DNA of 57,620 nt from a virus (lineage: Duplodnaviria > Caudoviricetes). The notes beneath the pieces were generated by a model. The model was given only the letters and a program-made list of their open reading frames with translations. It searched no databases and was not told the origin of the DNA. Of this stretch, positions 7,822 to 18,340 are shown piece by piece. The stretch lies in the IMG/VR virus record IMGVR_UViG_3300028024_000011, positions 1-57,620 of that record. One strand, 5' to 3'. Positions within the stretch are counted from its first letter, which is position 1, and each line of letters starts with the position of its first letter. The position numbers and the translations under genes were made by a program.

Positions 7822-10275
7822 TCAGTCGGCCGTCTCGTAACGGTTGCGCCAGTACAGATAGGCTGTGGCTGATCCGTCCGTGCAGTACAGCGCGATCCGG
7901 TTCGCACCCGGCGCCAGCGCGAACGTCGAGAAATCGCTAGCCGACAGTAGCAACCCGATCAGGTCGCGATAGTTCGATCGAACCGTTTTCGATCGATTGG
8001 CGCGCAGATCAATCGTCACAATCTCGCCGGCCAGTAGTGTGCCGTTGAACCTGAGCACCTGACCGGTGGTCAGGTTCGTGATCGAGTACAGCGTGCAGTT
8101 CTGTGTGATCACGAGTTTGATCACAGGGTACGCGCTCGCGGAACCGGCGTTCGTGACGGACGTGATGGACTCGGCAATAAGCGTTGTCCCGAACGTGCCA
8201 ACGCCGCCAGCGGCCATCCAGTTCAGCACGGTATAGCCGTTCGGCATGCCGTACAGACGGTATGTATCGTTGCCGTGCGTGGCGGTGTTGGGCGGATCGG
8301 CTGAATACGGCAGCCACGCCGATCCGTTCCACAGCGCGATATTGTCCGGCGGTGTGATACCGCCAATGGTCGACCACAGTAGGCCGGATGCCACGAGCGC
8401 GCTACCATCAGCGAGTACCGATAGTTTCGTGATGTAGCTCGTGCCCGGGTTCGCCAGTCCCGTACCGAGCGGTTGCGCGGAAACGCCGGTCCACCTAGCA
8501 ATGGCGTTGCACGCGACACCGGCGAACGTGGTGAAGAATCCGCCCACATACAGCGAGCCGTTCCACGTCTTGAGTGTCTGTATCTGCGCACTGCCACCGG
8601 TGGCCGCGACTAGCGTCCAGGTTGTCGTGTCCCACCGGTACAGCCCGGCCGTACCCGGCGAGTAGACTTTGCCGTCTGGCCCGATCTCGAATGCGTCAAC
8701 GTCGCTGTAGTGCGATCCGAAGCCAGTTGCCGCGTTTACCCACGTCGAGCCGTTCCAGTACGCTGTGCCATTCGCGGTTGAGACACCGCCAATCGTGGTA
8801 AACGCACCGGCTATCCACCAGTAGCCGGTGGACGGGTCTATGATCGAGCCGTACGCGCCGGTGTTCGCGCCCGATGGCCCAACCGCTGACCATGTGTTCG
8901 TTGCAGCCGTCCACTTCGCTACGTAGTCGGCCGCCGCGATACCGGCCATGTCCTGGAACGAGCCGCAGATGTAGACGTCGCCGTTGGCCGCGACATCGAT
9001 ACCGAGTACCGTGCTGTTGGGTGTTGCGCCGCCGAGCGCTGACCATGTCGCCGTCGCCGGATCCCAGACGGCGAGGTAATCGCACGCGGCCACGCCGCCC
9101 ATGTCGGTAAAGTTTCCACCGACGATGATCCGGCCATCGGCCATCTGGGCCGCCGCGTATATGGGTGACAGCGGGTTAGACACCGGCCCACCGCCAGCGT
9201 TAGACCACACATTGTCCGGCGTCCTGATCGCTATAGCCTTGACGCTCGTAACACTCTGGCTCGGAGCCAGAAGCGCGGCCGTGTCGTAGCTCGACTCAAA
9301 ATCCGGATCGTTTGCCAGGAACCGCAACGGTAGAACCTCGGTGGTCGGTTCTACGTCGTCCATCGTCCATCCGTCCTCGTTGTGAGCACGGATCACGCGC
9401 GGGTCCGTTAGGTCGCCGCCACCGGTGTACCTCAGCGTCACCGGGCCACGGTTCGATCGCGTGTCAAGCGCGAACGGCGCGAACGCGGTACGCCGGTTTG
9501 TGTGCAGATCCTTCGCCAGACCGGACGGGTACATGATCTCGCATGTCAGGGTAAATACCCGTTCCTTCCTGACCGTGCCCTGATAGATCGATCCATCCTT
9601 GATAGCCTGGGATTGCGTCACGACGTCGACCGGCGCGCGCCCGAGTCCCTTCTGACTCACGACGTCGAGTCCGATGCTATGAAACGTCTTGATTGCGCCG
9701 CCTTGACCGCTACGTCCGTCACGCTGTGACGTCGATGCGTGGGCAAGGCCAGTCCACTTGCAGCCATCCTGATCGCCATCGATATATGTACTGGCCGCCG
9801 TCGCCTGTTCAAACTGCACACCGTCAATGTCGACGGCCGTCCACCCGGACGATCGTCCGTCGCGCACCGCGAGCACCGGCGTTGTCGCGGCTACGGCTAC
9901 GGTAGGGATCTCTAGACGGTGTGTCTTGCCGTCGCCCGGGTGGGCTACGTCGACCACCGTAGCACCGTAGGCGAGCCGGGCCACCACGAGCGGGCTATCT
10001 GCCTTGACGTAGACAGAGAACACCACCGGCGTACCGCCGGCGAACTGTGGTCCGCTGTACTCGCCGCGGCCATTCGCGGCCGATGCCGTCAGACGGCCGC
10101 CGTAGCCGCCGTAACGGCTGGCCCCAATCGTCGGAACAAGCGTCGCGGACGTCGGTGTCCAGCCGGTGGTACCGGTCTCGAAACTCGGATTCGTGACATA
10201 GTTCGTGTCCGTGGTACCGGTTGGCGCGATCACTTGCCATAGGTCGGTTGTCGCCAGACCACCGTCTACCGTCAC
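7822..10275 (-). CDS. Distal-tail (Dit)-like protein with carbohydrate-binding and beta-propeller inserts
   Basis: NYVTNPSFE CBM-like start, repeated (I/V)GG.FT...W blades, C-terminal LAPGANRI...WRNRY; follows TMP; likely GTG start with poly-G RBS. Confidence 0.7.
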   Translation of the reverse strand: MTVDGGLATTDLWQVIAPTGTTDTNYVTNPSFETGTTGWTPTSATLVPTIGASRYGGYGGRLTASAANGRGEYSGPQFAGGTPVVFSVYVKADSPLVVARLAYGATVVDVAHPGDGKTHRLEIPTVAVAATTPVLAVRDGRSSGWTAVDIDGVQFEQATAASTYIDGDQDGCKWTGLAHASTSQRDGRSGQGGAIKTFHSIGLDVVSQKGLGRAPVDVVTQSQAIKDGSIYQGTVRKERVFTLTCEIMYPSGLAKDLHTNRRTAFAPFALDTRSNRGPVTLRYTGGGDLTDPRVIRAHNEDGWTMDDVEPTTEVLPLRFLANDPDFESSYDTAALLAPSQSVTSVKAIAIRTPDNVWSNAGGGPVSNPLSPIYAAAQMADGRIIVGGNFTDMGGVAACDYLAVWDPATATWSALGGATPNSTVLGIDVAANGDVYICGSFQDMAGIAAADYVAKWTAATNTWSAVGPSGANTGAYGSIIDPSTGYWWIAGAFTTIGGVSTANGTAYWNGSTWVNAATGFGSHYSDVDAFEIGPDGKVYSPGTAGLYRWDTTTWTLVAATGGSAQIQTLKTWNGSLYVGGFFTTFAGVACNAIARWTGVSAQPLGTGLANPGTSYITKLSVLADGSALVASGLLWSTIGGITPPDNIALWNGSAWLPYSADPPNTATHGNDTYRLYGMPNGYTVLNWMAAGGVGTFGTTLIAESITSVTNAGSASAYPVIKLVITQNCTLYSITNLTTGQVLRFNGTLLAGEIVTIDLRANRSKTVRSNYRDLIGLLLSASDFSTFALAPGANRIALYCTDGSATAYLYWRNRYETAD

Positions 10276-10381
10276 GGATACCCCCCCAGACGCCACAGGA
10301 TGCCCGTACGGGCTTCGTACGCGCACCTGTGGGTACTTGTCGTTTCGCCCGTAGCGGGCCGCTGTGAGCCCGCTACGGGCT

Positions 10382-10404
10382 TGTCATCCTGAGATGACAT
10401 TTCA
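10382..10404. promoter_or_regulatory. Palindrome copy 3
   Basis: TGTCATC-CTGA-GATGACATTTCA overlapping the TMP stop codon. Confidence 0.85.
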
Positions 10405-13400
10405 GCGTGTTTGCGCCAACGTCCGTAGCGTCTCGACGTCCTGCACTGCCGTGGACGTCGTTGCCTGAGAGTATACCGTGTAGCTGAAAACGTCACGCTG
10501 GCCGGTGTTGATCGCCTTTGCCAGACGATCGTAGTCAAAATCAGCGATCACGCGGTCGACGTTGCCGAGTTGCGCGGTCCCGATCATCGTTGGCATCGCC
10601 AGATCAATCGCGCTCGTGGGATCGCCAACGAATGGCGCGGATGCAACACCGGCCGTTCTCGGGACGGTCGCGTTCTGCAACGCGTTCTTGATAGCGGCGT
10701 TGATCTCGGTGCCGATCTTGCCGCTATCCTCGTGAATGCCCTTGACGATCGCGGCCACTGTCTCGTTGCCGAGTTTTTCAGCCGGGCCGTTCGATCCGTT
10801 GACAGTACCGCTCACATCTGACAGCGTCTTCGGTAGTCCGGTGGACGGGTCACGTAGCTGTCCGATCGCGGTATTCGCGCCGTCGCGCGAATCGATGAAA
10901 CGCTGTACGAAGTCCCGTTTCAGCGCGTCGGCCTGAGCGTTCGTTGGCGCAATCGCGGCAGCCACAGCCGCCGGCACAAGCGTCTGTATCGCCTGAACGG
11001 CCAGCACGGCGCTATCTCGCGCCTCGCCGGCCGCGACTGCCATACCGTCGCGCATTTGCTGTGTCTGGAAGATCGCGCTACCGCGCATCTGATCGGCCGC
11101 GAACACTACCGAGCCGCGCATGCCGTCAGCGTGCGTTGAGACCTGATCACGCATCGTGCCGGCTGCCGCGATCGTACCATCCGCCATCCGAGCTACACGG
11201 TCAACGATCGTGCCGGCCATCGTGACAGACGAGTCTACGGCGGCCGTTTGCATGCCGGCTGCCGCTCGCGACACGCCGGTCTGCATATCGGTCGCCGCGT
11301 CAACCGTGTGCGTTTGCATGTCGCGGCCCGAGCTTATGACGTCGCCGCTCATGTCCTCGGTTGAGTTTGTAACGTTGCGGTCAACTAGGATACCTTGCGC
11401 GGTCATGTTCTTGACCATAACCGCGAAATTCTTCTGTAGCTGGATAGACATCCGTTGTGTCTCTGTATCGGCGCCGTCGCCCAACGCGGCTAGCTGTTTG
11501 TCGAATTCGCTGATATCCGGCAGTGTCGGTGCGTACAGCACCGGCCGCGCCGGTGACGGTGCGATGTTCGGTGTCTGGCCCGGCAGTGGCTCAGCCGGAC
11601 CGTGACTGATCGGCGTGGTGGTTGGCGCGGTCGCCGGTGGCGCCGGCTCGATCGCGTGTACCTGTCCACCGCCGGTGACGCCTTGCGGTGGATGCTGATT
11701 CGATGCTGTCGGCTGTTCAAGGAACGACGTACTACCGCCGATCACTTCGGTTACCAGATCGGCAATAGTCGACATGACACCGGCGACGGCATCCTGAGCG
11801 CTGGCCATCCCGGTAGTACCGGCGATGTCTGATCCGCTTTGATTACCGGCGATGTTCTTGATTTGCTTGCCACCGCCGGTATTCGTCTTCTGTAGCTCGT
11901 CCAGACTTTTCTTAGCCTCCTGGGCCGCCTTGCTGACGGCTTGTAGGTTCTTGACGCTGTCGCCCATGTTGATCGGCTTTACAGACGCGGCTGCCGTGCC
12001 GTAATCCTTCACCGGTGGTGCCGCGTCCTTTGCCGCGGCGCCGGTGTCCTTGAACGCTTGCCCCATATCGCCTAGTGCTGAGCCCACCGTACCCGAGACG
12101 TCAATCACCCGGCCGGCAGCGTCTTCGGTGTTTGTGGCCATCGTGTCCACGGATGTTGACGTCTGCGATTCAGTCTCGGTGTACACACCGATGACCTTGC
12201 CACTCCAGTCCTGGAGCGTCGTCACCGTCCCATTGGCCGTCGTCGTGACGGTCATCGTAACGCCGTTGCCCATGTCGGTCACGGATTGCAGGATGGCGCC
12301 GGACATGCCCTGCACCTGTCCGACTGATTGCGTATTCATGTCGGTATTAGCTTGCACAACCTCGGTAGCTGTGGTCTGGGCCGTCGTGACCTCAGTCTGG
12401 GCAGCCGTCGCGATGATCAAGTTTCGACCGGTGGCCGCCGCGGCTGAGTCCAGAATCAACTGATTGCCCATCGTGGCGTTAGTCGTGGTGACTTGACCGG
12501 CGAGTGCTGACCACTGCGCGACGATCTGACCGTTAGCGTCGGTTACGGTCGTGATCATGTTGCCGGCGGTATCTTGTGTTGTGGTAATCAGTTGACCGTT
12601 CATAGTCTGACTGGTGGTTGTCACGCCGGCGGCTGTATCGGCCATGTTCAATTGGACGCCATTCGATAGCTCGCCCCACAACCCGATAACCTGCCCGGTC
12701 GTGTCGGTTGTCGTCGTGATGAACGAGCCGAGCGTGTCCGTCGAAAACGTCGTGATCCGACTACCGGCAGCGTCTACGCTCGTAATGACGTCCTGTGTCA
12801 TACCGGCGAACTGTGGCGCGGCCGTCGTGGACGTGTCGCCGAATTGCTTCAGCGATGCCGTTGTGCCGTCGAACGCGACGCCGGCCGCGTCGGCTGCTGG
12901 TGGTAGTTGGTTGACGAGTTGAATCACGCCGTTGATCGGCCCGGCCAGCGCCGTGATTTCCTCAGCCGTCATGAAACGCGAGCCGCCTTTGAGTGCGTGC
13001 CCCGCGCTCGGGTTGTTCGGGTCCGGGCCGCCAGTCTCGCCCAGATCGAACTGTCCGGTAGCAGGGTTGAAGCCCTGAGCTACGAAGTAGTGGCCGCTAC
13101 TCAGCGGCACGTTACCGCCACCGGTTGAGATCGCGGTCAGGTTGCCCCCTTGCACGGACTGCTGTGCGGATTGCGCGGTCGCCGGCAGGTTCGCGTACTG
13201 GATACCTAGTTCGCCCAGTGACTTCATAAACCCGGCCGGCCCGGTTGTCATGCCACCGCCCGGCGTCCATCCGTTCTGCGCGGCGATCCGGACCACTTCG
13301 GACTCGTTCGGCGTGCGCCCGGTGGCTTCATAAAACAGTGCTAGCGCGGCCGGTCCGCATGCCGCTAGCGCGGCTTCCCACGGCAGACCTAGCTCGAATT

Positions 13401-16400
13401 GATTTCCGATCTTCTGTAGCTGTCCCTGGAAGCCGCCGGCCGCCGGTGGTCCCTGTACGCCGCCGGCGGTCTGTACGGCTTGTGCCGCTTGCTGCTGTTG
13501 TTGCGCGAGTACGGCTTGCCGTCGCTGCTCGATCTCAGTGACGTATCTCTGCGTTTCCTCAAACGGTGGCACGCCTCCGTACTTCGCTACGTTGCCGGGC
13601 CCGGCGTTGTAGCTCGCGAGCGCCACGGACGGGTCTCCGTATTGCTGCATCGCCTGAGCTTGCAGGTTCGCGGCGTACGTCAGTGACGCGTGCGGGTCGG
13701 TCGGGTCTACGTTCGGGTGGTACTTCGGAATGAGTTGAGCAATGCCCGTAGCGCCAGATTTCGCGTTGTAGGCGTTCGGGTTACCGCTCGATTCCTCGCG
13801 GATCTGTTCCACGAACCGGACCGGATCAATGCCGGCCTTGACGGCGGCCTGGTACGCCTCCTTCTCCCAGTCGGCCGTGTAGCTCGCCGGGGTGGCAGAC
13901 GGGCCGGGTTTCTGTCCTGTCGCCGCTGACGGTGCGCCGGTTCGGTTTGACATCTGCGTCGCACCGGCCGGTGCCGAGCTTGTGCCACCGCCGAATATGT
14001 TGGGGAGCGTCGGGTGCCATCCGCCGGTCGCGTCGTCCCACGCGCCTTTTAGCATGTCGAGTAGCTTGTTGCCGAGCGCGGACTGTGCGTCTGTGACCGT
14101 GATGCCCGTGATGGACTTTGTAAACCCGTCCTGCATCCCCTTTGCGAATGCGTCCCACGCCTCTTTAGCGGTCACAGCCGCGCCGAGCGCCGCGCCGAGC
14201 GCCTTAGCGGTGTCCGCGCCGATCTTTGCCCAATCGACGCCGGCAGCACCATTGCCGGCGCCGGTGAGCATGTTGCCAAACATATCGCCGGTCGTTGTAC
14301 CCAGTCCGGCCCAGTCCACGGCTTTGATCTGTTCCGTAATCCACGTGTAGAACTTCGTGTCAAAATCTAGGATAGCCTCGAAGACGCCGGCCCAATCGAT
14401 CGCGGCCAGTTGCACGCCAATCGCCGTAGCCGCGGCTTCGGTCAATCCGACCACCTTAGCCCAGACGTCCGGCCACGGGATTTTCGCGACTTCAGCCCCG
14501 AGCCACGTAGCGAAGTCGACGGCCAGCGTGAGCAGATACGAACCGAGCGCGCTTGCCACCGTGACTGTCTGTTGCCACAGCGCGGCCCAGTCCACGAGCG
14601 CGATCTGTGCCCCGAGCCACGTAGCGAAGTCCACGGTTAGCCCGGCTACGTAGGTGCCGAGCGCGGTTGCCACCGTAACCGTTTTCGCCCACAGCGCCGC
14701 CCAATCGATCGCCGCGATTTGCGTACCGAGCCACGTAGCGAAGTCCACGGCGAGGCCGGCGAGGTACGTACCGAGCGCAGTAGCAACGGTAACCGTCTTC
14801 GTCCACACTCCGGCCCAATCGATCGCGGCCACCTGTGCGCCGAGCCACGTCACGAAGTCGACGGTTAGTCCGGCCACGTACGTGCCGAGCGCCACGGCAA
14901 CGTCTACGGCTTGCTGCCAGACCGATGCCCAATCGATCGCGGCAACTTGCTCGCCTAGCCAGCCGATCGCCAGCGTAGCAAACTCGGAGAACGCGGTACC
15001 GAGCCCGCTGATAGCCGTTTTGATGTCGCCCGAGAATAGCGCCTGAACGATCGGGGCGAGCTTACCCTGTACCGTCTGCCAGACCGTCAGTATGCTATTG
15101 ATCGCCGGTGGCAGATTTGTCTGTAGCCACGTGGCAAGCGTCTGAACGGCCGGTATCACGGTGCCAGTGATGAACGATGACACGGCCGTCGCTGCCGTCA
15201 AGAACATCGGCCAGCCGGTCTGTGCTACCCATTGGATCGCTACGCCGAGCCCGGTCCGGATCGCGGCGGCTACCGGCACGATGGCCGGCACCACTGTGGA
15301 CGACAGGAAATTGACGGCTACCGTCGCCGCGCTGAGCAGTGCCGGGAATCCAGTAGTCGCCAGCCATTGCAACGACTCGCCTAGCGCGGTTCGTAGCGCG
15401 GCAGCCAACGGCGGAATGGCCGGCAGTAGCGTACCCGTCCAGAACGCCGCCGCTTGCTGGACGATCGCCATGAGCGGCGGCCACGCGGTAGCCGCCAGCC
15501 ACGCTAGCGAGTCGCCCAGAACGCCACGGAATACCTCGCCCGTCTTCTGTGCTGCCGGCAGTAGTGTAGACTCGAATACGCTAGCTGTCTGCTGGACGAT
15601 CGAGACGAGTGGCGGAATCACGCTACTGGTAATAAACGTGATCTGCGTGGCGATGTTGTCGATAAACGCCTTACCGATCCGGACTGCGATCGGTTCGACG
15701 GTCTCGAATGCGCTCACCAGGACCGGCCAGCCGGTCTGTACGGCTGACACGATGCCCTGCACGCCAGTAATGATCAGTTCACCCGATCGGGTGATGATGC
15801 CGCCGAGCAGATCCCATTCGTTTGCGTAGTCCGCGATCGATAGCCCGAGCAGTTTGGCCACCATCTGCTCGCCGGCCACGGCCGCCCGGCCGGCTGCCGT
15901 CACGAACACCGGTAGCGCCTTCTGAGCTACGCTCAGGATCGAGGAACCAACGGTCATGATAGCCGGTATCGCGGCGGCCGCCTTATCAATGAATCGATCG
16001 AGCATGCCGGCGGCTGACTCGCCTAGCTTGTCAAGCCCAGGTATCGCGCGGTTGACCATGTCGGTCGCCGCGTCGGCTACTTTCTTCAAGCTCGGGAGCA
16101 AATGCTGACCGAACGTGATGCTAGCCGTCTCAATCGAGCCTTTGAGCTTTTCCATGCTGCCAGCAAGGTTGTTCAGCCGTGCATCAGCAACCGCGCTGGC
16201 GCCGCCGCTCGCCTTCATCGCGTCGGCCATGTTGTTGAACCCGGTAGCGCCATTGTTGGACATGATGGCCGCGGCCCGGATCGCATCGGTACCGAAGATG
16301 GTTTGTAGCGCGTTGAGTTTTTGCTCTTGCGTCAGATTGGCCGTTGCCTCTTGCAGGATTTGGGAGATATCCGCGAGCCCCTTAGCCTTGCCCTGTGCAT

Positions 16401-17226
16401 CGAAGAATCGATTACTACCGTCAGCGGTGATGATGCCGAGCGCCATCATTTCTTCTTTAGCTTGCTTCGTGGCCGGGCTCAGGTTGAGCAGCATAGTTTT
16501 CAGCGAGGTACCGGCGTCGCTACCCTTCAGACCGTTCTGCCCGAGCACGGCAATAGCTGTGGCGGTGTCCTCGAAACTGATGCCGACTGTCTGTGCAACG
16601 GCGCCCACAGCGGACAAGCTCAGTCCGAACTGATGAACATCGATCGCGGACGCGTTGGCCGCGCCGCTGATCGTGTCAGCTATGCCGGCCATTTCCGAGC
16701 CGGACTTATTGAACGTGGCCATAGCATTCGACGCGATGCCGGCCGCGTCGGCTACGCTGATACCGCCGGCTGCCGCGAGATCGAGCGCGGCTTTAGCGCC
16801 TCCGGACATGATGTCCTGGACGGACACGCCGGCCTTTGCTAGTTCTTCGAGTCCTTGCGCTGCCTCCTGAGCACTGAAACTCGTGTCCTTGCCGAGTTGT
16901 AGCGCCAGATCGGCCAACGCCTTACCGCCACCGGCTGCCGCTAGTTGCGCCTGATCCATGACAGCGGTAACCGCTGACATTTGTTTCTCGAAGCCCGCGG
17001 CAGCCGTGACGCTCGTGGTGATGCCGGCGGCCACAGCCGTGAACGAGATGGCGCCAACGGCAACGGCAAGTTTAGCGGCGCCGGCGGCCATTGACACGAG
17101 CGCGCCACCGGCGCGAGTAGCGGCACCCTCAACGCTCGTGATCGCGTTGGACACGCCAGTAGCGACGCCGGACGTAGCGTCAACGCCCTGAAACGTGATT
17201 GTGGCGATACTCGCCATGTCTGCCAT
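10402..17226 (-). CDS. Tape measure protein with SLT lytic transglycosylase and C39-like peptidase domains
   Basis: TP901-type core (GLKGSDAGTSLK, IFGTDA); EESSGNP..GATGIAQL..ASYNAGPG..ETQRYV; ACGPAAL..GHYFV. Confidence 0.9.
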   Translation of the reverse strand: MADMASIATITFQGVDATSGVATGVSNAITSVEGAATRAGGALVSMAAGAAKLAVAVGAISFTAVAAGITTSVTAAAGFEKQMSAVTAVMDQAQLAAAGGGKALADLALQLGKDTSFSAQEAAQGLEELAKAGVSVQDIMSGGAKAALDLAAAGGISVADAAGIASNAMATFNKSGSEMAGIADTISGAANASAIDVHQFGLSLSAVGAVAQTVGISFEDTATAIAVLGQNGLKGSDAGTSLKTMLLNLSPATKQAKEEMMALGIITADGSNRFFDAQGKAKGLADISQILQEATANLTQEQKLNALQTIFGTDAIRAAAIMSNNGATGFNNMADAMKASGGASAVADARLNNLAGSMEKLKGSIETASITFGQHLLPSLKKVADAATDMVNRAIPGLDKLGESAAGMLDRFIDKAAAAIPAIMTVGSSILSVAQKALPVFVTAAGRAAVAGEQMVAKLLGLSIADYANEWDLLGGIITRSGELIITGVQGIVSAVQTGWPVLVSAFETVEPIAVRIGKAFIDNIATQITFITSSVIPPLVSIVQQTASVFESTLLPAAQKTGEVFRGVLGDSLAWLAATAWPPLMAIVQQAAAFWTGTLLPAIPPLAAALRTALGESLQWLATTGFPALLSAATVAVNFLSSTVVPAIVPVAAAIRTGLGVAIQWVAQTGWPMFLTAATAVSSFITGTVIPAVQTLATWLQTNLPPAINSILTVWQTVQGKLAPIVQALFSGDIKTAISGLGTAFSEFATLAIGWLGEQVAAIDWASVWQQAVDVAVALGTYVAGLTVDFVTWLGAQVAAIDWAGVWTKTVTVATALGTYLAGLAVDFATWLGTQIAAIDWAALWAKTVTVATALGTYVAGLTVDFATWLGAQIALVDWAALWQQTVTVASALGSYLLTLAVDFATWLGAEVAKIPWPDVWAKVVGLTEAAATAIGVQLAAIDWAGVFEAILDFDTKFYTWITEQIKAVDWAGLGTTTGDMFGNMLTGAGNGAAGVDWAKIGADTAKALGAALGAAVTAKEAWDAFAKGMQDGFTKSITGITVTDAQSALGNKLLDMLKGAWDDATGGWHPTLPNIFGGGTSSAPAGATQMSNRTGAPSAATGQKPGPSATPASYTADWEKEAYQAAVKAGIDPVRFVEQIREESSGNPNAYNAKSGATGIAQLIPKYHPNVDPTDPHASLTYAANLQAQAMQQYGDPSVALASYNAGPGNVAKYGGVPPFEETQRYVTEIEQRRQAVLAQQQQQAAQAVQTAGGVQGPPAAGGFQGQLQKIGNQFELGLPWEAALAACGPAALALFYEATGRTPNESEVVRIAAQNGWTPGGGMTTGPAGFMKSLGELGIQYANLPATAQSAQQSVQGGNLTAISTGGGNVPLSSGHYFVAQGFNPATGQFDLGETGGPDPNNPSAGHALKGGSRFMTAEEITALAGPINGVIQLVNQLPPAADAAGVAFDGTTASLKQFGDTSTTAAPQFAGMTQDVITSVDAAGSRITTFSTDTLGSFITTTTDTTGQVIGLWGELSNGVQLNMADTAAGVTTTSQTMNGQLITTTQDTAGNMITTVTDANGQIVAQWSALAGQVTTTNATMGNQLILDSAAAATGRNLIIATAAQTEVTTAQTTATEVVQANTDMNTQSVGQVQGMSGAILQSVTDMGNGVTMTVTTTANGTVTTLQDWSGKVIGVYTETESQTSTSVDTMATNTEDAAGRVIDVSGTVGSALGDMGQAFKDTGAAAKDAAPPVKDYGTAAASVKPINMGDSVKNLQAVSKAAQEAKKSLDELQKTNTGGGKQIKNIAGNQSGSDIAGTTGMASAQDAVAGVMSTIADLVTEVIGGSTSFLEQPTASNQHPPQGVTGGGQVHAIEPAPPATAPTTTPISHGPAEPLPGQTPNIAPSPARPVLYAPTLPDISEFDKQLAALGDGADTETQRMSIQLQKNFAVMVKNMTAQGILVDRNVTNSTEDMSGDVISSGRDMQTHTVDAATDMQTGVSRAAAGMQTAAVDSSVTMAGTIVDRVARMADGTIAAAGTMRDQVSTHADGMRGSVVFAADQMRGSAIFQTQQMRDGMAVAAGEARDSAVLAVQAIQTLVPAAVAAAIAPTNAQADALKRDFVQRFIDSRDGANTAIGQLRDPSTGLPKTLSDVSGTVNGSNGPAEKLGNETVAAIVKGIHEDSGKIGTEINAAIKNALQNATVPRTAGVASAPFVGDPTSAIDLAMPTMIGTAQLGNVDRVIADFDYDRLAKAINTGQRDVFSYTVYSQATTSTAVQDVETLRTLAQTR
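14460..14970 (-). repeat. 114-bp (38-aa) tandem repeat inside TMP, ~4.5 copies
   Basis: DW codons recur at 14928, 14814, 14700, 14586. Confidence 0.8.
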
Positions 17227-17337
17227 TGGGCCACCCTCGCGCCAGATGCCCCCGGTTGCCCCGTAGCGGGCCGTGGGGCCGTTGTAGTGGCTCAGTCGCC
17301 TACTGAGCCGTCTAGCTCGCTGTTGCCCCCGTAGCGC

Positions 17338-17381
17338 GCCCGTGGGGAAATGTCATCTCAGGATGACATTTCCCCACGGGC
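17338..17381. promoter_or_regulatory. Palindrome copy 4, extended to 20-bp arms
   Basis: GCCCGTGGGGAAATGTCATC-TCAG-GATGACATTTCCCCACGGGC. Confidence 0.85.
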
Positions 17382-17587
17382 TACCTTCGTTGCGCCGATT
17401 GGCGACGTCTCGCCCAGAACGCTTGTGCTTCGGACTCAATCCCCATCATGACCATTTCGTCGTAGACCTCGAACCACGGTGCTAGGTCTACCTCTTCGGG
17501 CTTGCAGTTCCAATTCCGAGCGATCTGGCGTCGTGTCCACAGCCACGGAACAGACCGGCCGCGCGGGCTGGTCTGTTTGAGCATCAC
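17381..17587 (-). CDS. Tail assembly chaperone, C-terminal (T) part
   Basis: Between chaperone G and TMP, in the -1 frame, open back to the slippery site at 17641. Confidence 0.65.
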   Translation of the reverse strand: MMLKQTSPRGRSVPWLWTRRQIARNWNCKPEEVDLAPWFEVYDEMVMMGIESEAQAFWARRRQSAQRR

Positions 17588-17589
17588 TC

Positions 17590-18258
17590 TCAGCGACGCT
17601 GATTCCGCCGCCGTGATGAGGCGCCGCCTGACGTAGGGTTTGCTGCCATCTCCGTAAAGAACCGCTGAACGATCGCGCCGCCGAGTGGCGTGCTGATCTC
17701 ACTCCAGAATTCCTCTGACGAGATCGGCTTGTGCGGCTCGCCGGTGGCCGGGTTCAGCCACGGGACCGGGTTGCCGTCAGCGTCCAGCAATGGCTCCGGC
17801 GTGTCCTTTGCTTTCTGGCCCGGCTTGCGAATCGCGTGAGCAAGGAACGTGGCCCGGCACGCTTCTAGCATCCGCTCGGCCGCTTCATCCGGCGTCTCCT
17901 TGCCGTCCTCGCCACTGCCCTCCTGTGGCGTCCACAGATCGGCAATCGCCTTCGGGTAGTCGAGCCAGACCTGTACCAACAGGTTGGACCACTGCCCGGC
18001 CGGCCGGCCGTTCGGCAGCAAGTCGTGGATGGCCAGCCACGGCGTACGATCTGCCACGAACAGGTCGCGCGGGTTGATCCCGGCGGCCACCAGGGTTTTG
18101 TAGTAGTCGCCGCTCGCACCGTCCCCAGCCGGACGCGGCATCTCGATCACGTCGTCCACGGGACCGTTGACGGGCTTCGATGCCGCCATGCTGGACGGGC
18201 GCGGTAGGTTGTCGAGCCGCAATCGTGGAATCTGTCGCTGTGTGATCTCGTCTGGCAT
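17590..18258 (-). CDS. Tail assembly chaperone (G)
   Basis: Position between major tail protein and TMP. Confidence 0.65.
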   Translation of the reverse strand: MPDEITQRQIPRLRLDNLPRPSSMAASKPVNGPVDDVIEMPRPAGDGASGDYYKTLVAAGINPRDLFVADRTPWLAIHDLLPNGRPAGQWSNLLVQVWLDYPKAIADLWTPQEGSGEDGKETPDEAAERMLEACRATFLAHAIRKPGQKAKDTPEPLLDADGNPVPWLNPATGEPHKPISSEEFWSEISTPLGGAIVQRFFTEMAANPTSGGASSRRRNQRR

Positions 18259-18284
18259 ATCTGCCCCCTGCTAGAGTGCTGACA

Positions 18285-18315
18285 GCCCGGGTGAGCCGTT
18301 GTAGCTCACCCGGGC
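18285..18315. terminator. Hairpin after major tail gene
   Basis: GCCCGGGTGAGC...GCTCACCCGGGC 12-bp stem. Confidence 0.55.
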
Positions 18316-18340
18316 ATGTTGCCGATGTGTAGGGCCGCGC

